A DNA stretch of 11,593 nucleotides from Paraspadella gotoi (Eukaryota; Animalia; Chaetognatha). Under the pieces are notes generated by a model that was not told where the DNA came from, searched no databases, and saw only the letters and a program-made list of their open reading frames with translations. Shown one piece after another: positions 8,861 to 11,593 of the stretch. Where the stretch lies: assembly GCA_051294375.1 (NCBI GenBank), contig JBJCIZ010001657.1, positions 1-11,593 on the forward strand, given 5' to 3'. The position numbers were made by a program, and so were the translations under genes. Each line of letters opens with the position of its first letter. The stretch's first letter is position 1.

Positions 8861-9566
8861 CTGTCTATTTTATGATTTTCTGCGTTAAAAAAATGATGAA
8901 TAACCAATTAACATGGATATTATGAAAGTTTAACGAATGTCTATGTGAAGCCGGTGGAGAGTTAAATAATAAAAGATTCGCCTTTTTCATTATTGAAAAA
9001 TGACTTAAAGTGACAGTAGTTGTAACGTCTTCCAGCTTCATTTCAGTTAAACATCCCTGTTCTTTCTAACATAAAATAATGTTTACTTTTATGCTGCGTG
9101 GGAAAAGAAAGATAAATAGTTTAGGCTCGTTGATGCGGGTGAATCAATATTTTAGAATTTTGCTAAGCCATGCTCTGTATATATCAGTGAAGCAAATATT
9201 TAAGTGAAAAAAAAATTATATGTTTCTTTATCCAAAAAACTTTAAAGTTTTTATATAGCTACAATTTAGCCTTTTTTCTTCAGACATCACAAAAAAGATT
9301 TTAATTTTCATTAATTTTATGGGGTTACATTTAGTTTTTAAAATTTTCATTATTTAAATTTTGACTTAGTTTGACACTCACCCCTGTAAAGAGGTTCAGC
9401 AAAAAATAATTCTAATATCTGTAACTTGTATCGTGTCCTTACATGATTTATGGCTTCATTTTTTGCGTACTATTGCCATACCCTGTTATTCTTTGTTTCT
9501 TCAAGAGATATCCAGCGAAAAATCAGATGTTTTCTCTAAACCTTCCTCTTTAAATTTCTTATTAAA

Positions 9567-9986
9567 TTAAAAAATTTCATGTTGTCAAACCAGACCAATC
9601 GGACTTACAATCGCTTGTTTAACTATGAAGAGTTTGCGTCAATACATGAAAAGAAAAATTTGGCAAGCTCTTGAGACAAGATGCTTTTTAAATCTCAAAA
9701 TTCTGAAGTAATTATTTTTATAATGTTAAACATTACCCTAGCCCCGCTTTACAAATTTTTGAAAAAGGCCAAAATTTCCCTTTCATTTTCTATAGTAAAA
9801 ACCAAGGTTTGAAAATTCTTCCGCGAGATGACTAGTGGCATTTCCCCTGCGCTTGTTGATATTAAATTTTTTCCCTTTACAAAATCAAAAATGCCATAAG
9901 ACGAATCTTTGGCTAGCTCTTAAAGATATAACGCTATCCCGGAATCGATTGTGTTTTTACAAATGTTTTTTACCCGGAATTCAGGC
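9567..9986. repeat. Further copy of the same repeat (matches about 8205-8570)
   Basis: TTCTATAGTAAAAAC at 8380 and 9788; ATAACGCTATC at 8516 and 9928; GGAATCG and TTTACC follow in both; upstream anchors TGTCAAACC and TTGA(C/G)ACAA are shared. Confidence 0.75.
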
Positions 9987-10188
9987 AATCTCGTTTGACA
10001 ATGGTAGTCAGATTTTAACGGAAATCCCTCCTATTAGAAAAACATGTTGAATTTTTTTTTAAGCGAGATTCTCGTCTAGTTTACCCGAATTTCTGGGAAT
10101 CGCGTTTGCAATTTGGGTAGTCAGATTTGAACGGAACTCTACATTATAAAAATGTTAAATTTTATTTAAAGCGAGATTCTCTCCTACT
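9970..10188. repeat. Two-copy tandem repeat, unit about 111 bp
   Basis: Copies 9970-10080 and 10081-10188 share TTACCCG, CGTTTG, GGTAGTCAGATTT.AACGGAA and AAGCGAGATTCTC in order. Confidence 0.9.
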
Positions 10189-10256
10189 TGCTGCAATATT
10201 TTTGTTTTAGAAAAACTATATATATCCTTATGATTTAAATAAAGTCTGCTATTTAG

Positions 10257-10569
10257 GAACGTAACAGCTCACCAGAAGAACAAAGAAATCCAACTTCAAT
10301 CATACCAAAAACGTCCAATGCGACCAACAAATTCAAATCGACATTAAGTGAAAGCAAAGATCGGTTGACAAGCGCCATAAAGTCACGAAAAGAAAAAAAA
10401 CATAATTCAGCTGGATATTGGGAAAATAACGCCGGTGGATTAGAGCTCCGAGTTCCCAATGCCCCATCTGGAAAACCTACAAAATTAGCAAAAAAATTTT
10501 CTAAACGTTGGAAAAGAATGAAAGAAATCGCGAAGAAGTCAAGAAGAAAACTCTCTAATGACTACAAAT
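10257..10569 (+). CDS. Internal exon of an uncharacterised charged, low-complexity protein
   Basis: Acceptor ctatttag (10256); open phase-0 frame ERNSSPEEQ...KSRRKLSNDYK; phase-1 donor T|GTGAGC at 10570 matches the phase needed by the next exon (92-nt intron). Confidence 0.75.
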
Positions 10570-10661
10570 GTGAGCAATTCCTTAATGAGCTGTGCGCGTG
10601 TGTAATGTGAATTATAAACTTAAACTCGAAACAAAGTTTTATTTTTTTAAATAATTTTAAG

Positions 10662-10890
10662 ACAACCGCCTCAAGGAAGATGATTTTGAAGACGACTTGG
10701 ACAAGAGATTGGAAATCGACAACGGAGAAAAAACGACGGTCCTCAAAAATGATGAAGAGCAAAGAAAAGCTCCGGAACTAGAATATTTCCCAAATTCCCA
10801 AGAAACACATCGCAAAGAGACCGATGTAAATGAGGATCCCGAAAATTGGAGCCAAGTCTATCACGACAATGATATGAATACTGTTGACAG
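10662..10890 (+). CDS. Internal exon of the same protein (acidic)
   Basis: Acceptor ttttaag (10661); the splice gives YNRLKEDDFEDDLDKRLE...DMNTVD; phase-2 donor AG|GTGAAA at 10891. Confidence 0.8.
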
Positions 10891-10960
10891 GTGAAAAGGG
10901 AAGAAAGAAATAATTGTAAGACATCATTTTTTTTGAAACGTATTTTGTTTTCGCACTCAG

Positions 10961-11477
10961 GGTCCATACGTCGAGGTCAAAGTTACGCAATGAGGGAAAA
11001 AGAGTGAGAATTGCACAGCAAAGCAAGACGAAGGGTATAAACTGGAATAGTTCACAATCTATATTCCTCAAAGAGGGGACGATCTCGAAGGATCAAATAG
11101 CACTGAAACCCATGAGTTCTACCGATTCAATGAAAATTATCCCATCACAATTTTTGACCCCGATGCCGACTGAAAATCGCTACAGATTTGGTGTTTTAAA
11201 TAACTCCATGGAATTTAGTCATGGAGAGAGTGGATTAAAGAAAAACGGCAGAGAAAACGAAATTAACTCGGAAAACCAAGGGCAAAAACGTATGGAGAAG
11301 AGTGTTGACGTAGAAAACGAACCGAAAAAAGACGATAATTACGAGGTCGCGAAAATCAAAAGAATAGAGGAAGAGGAAAAAGTGAAAAATGAAATTTACG
11401 GATATGGTCGGGAGGAAATACATTACAGGTATACTGAAGGTCTAAGGCTCCACGTACGATCGACGTCCTTTAGATAA
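10961..11477 (+). CDS. Probable last coding exon of the same protein
   Basis: A 70-nt intron ends ttttcgcactcag (10960); phase 2 joins in frame (R-VHTSRSKLRNEGKRVRIAQ...) with track ORF 11004..11477. Stop TAA at 11475-11477 and AATAAA at 11523-11528. A weak alternative donor AG|GTATAC at 11429 cannot be excluded. Confidence 0.75.
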
Positions 11478-11593
11478 CGATTTAGGGAGAGATGAATGAG
11501 ATAACCATAGCACGCGTTTTTTAATAAAAAACTTCATACTATAGCACGAGAGTCAAGAAGAGAGCGTGGTAATATAAATTTATTCAGAATTCG

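Noticed and set aside
7560-10188. Repeats considered as a CRISPR-like array
   Set aside because: Units are long and degenerate, with no constant short repeat and unique spacers; the context is eukaryotic.
10253-11423. Five minus-strand ORFs overlapping the three-exon gene
   Set aside because: Antisense shadows of a purine-rich coding strand; splice phases support only the + strand.
11507-11574. ATAGCACG twice (11507, 11541) with an imperfect inverse near 11566, possibly a transposon end
   Set aside because: Too short and cut by the window edge to support a call.

Overview
AT-rich eukaryotic, intron-containing genomic DNA, probably from an insect (inferred from the short GT-AG introns and repeat types, not proven). 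There is no sign of rRNA, tRNA, CRISPR or prokaryotic operons. (1) A + strand leucine-rich-repeat (LRR) gene is hidden by many small insertions: exons 3906-4122 and 4180-4341 recover an exact 24-aa LRR period once only extra bases are removed. This looks more like uncorrected long-read error than natural decay. Candidate N-terminal exons lie at 753-1360, and further LRR-like sequence runs from about 6520 to 9950, partly as a ~650-bp degenerate repeat. (2) The presumed introns carry a ~170-bp palindrome with a Penelope-type minimal hammerhead ribozyme core (3367-3536) and a 733-bp element bounded by inverted CACAGTG heptamers, Transib/RSS-like, one end reading heptamer-23 nt-nonamer-like (4923-5655). 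(3) A stop-interrupted, frameshift-free, GC-richer minus-strand frame at 1-717 may be a transposon or viral relic. (4) A clean three-exon + strand CDS fragment (10257-11477) encodes a charged, low-complexity protein with no recognisable domain. Base-level details between about 750 and 10200 are uncertain because sequence accuracy there appears low. All translations and alignments were done by eye.
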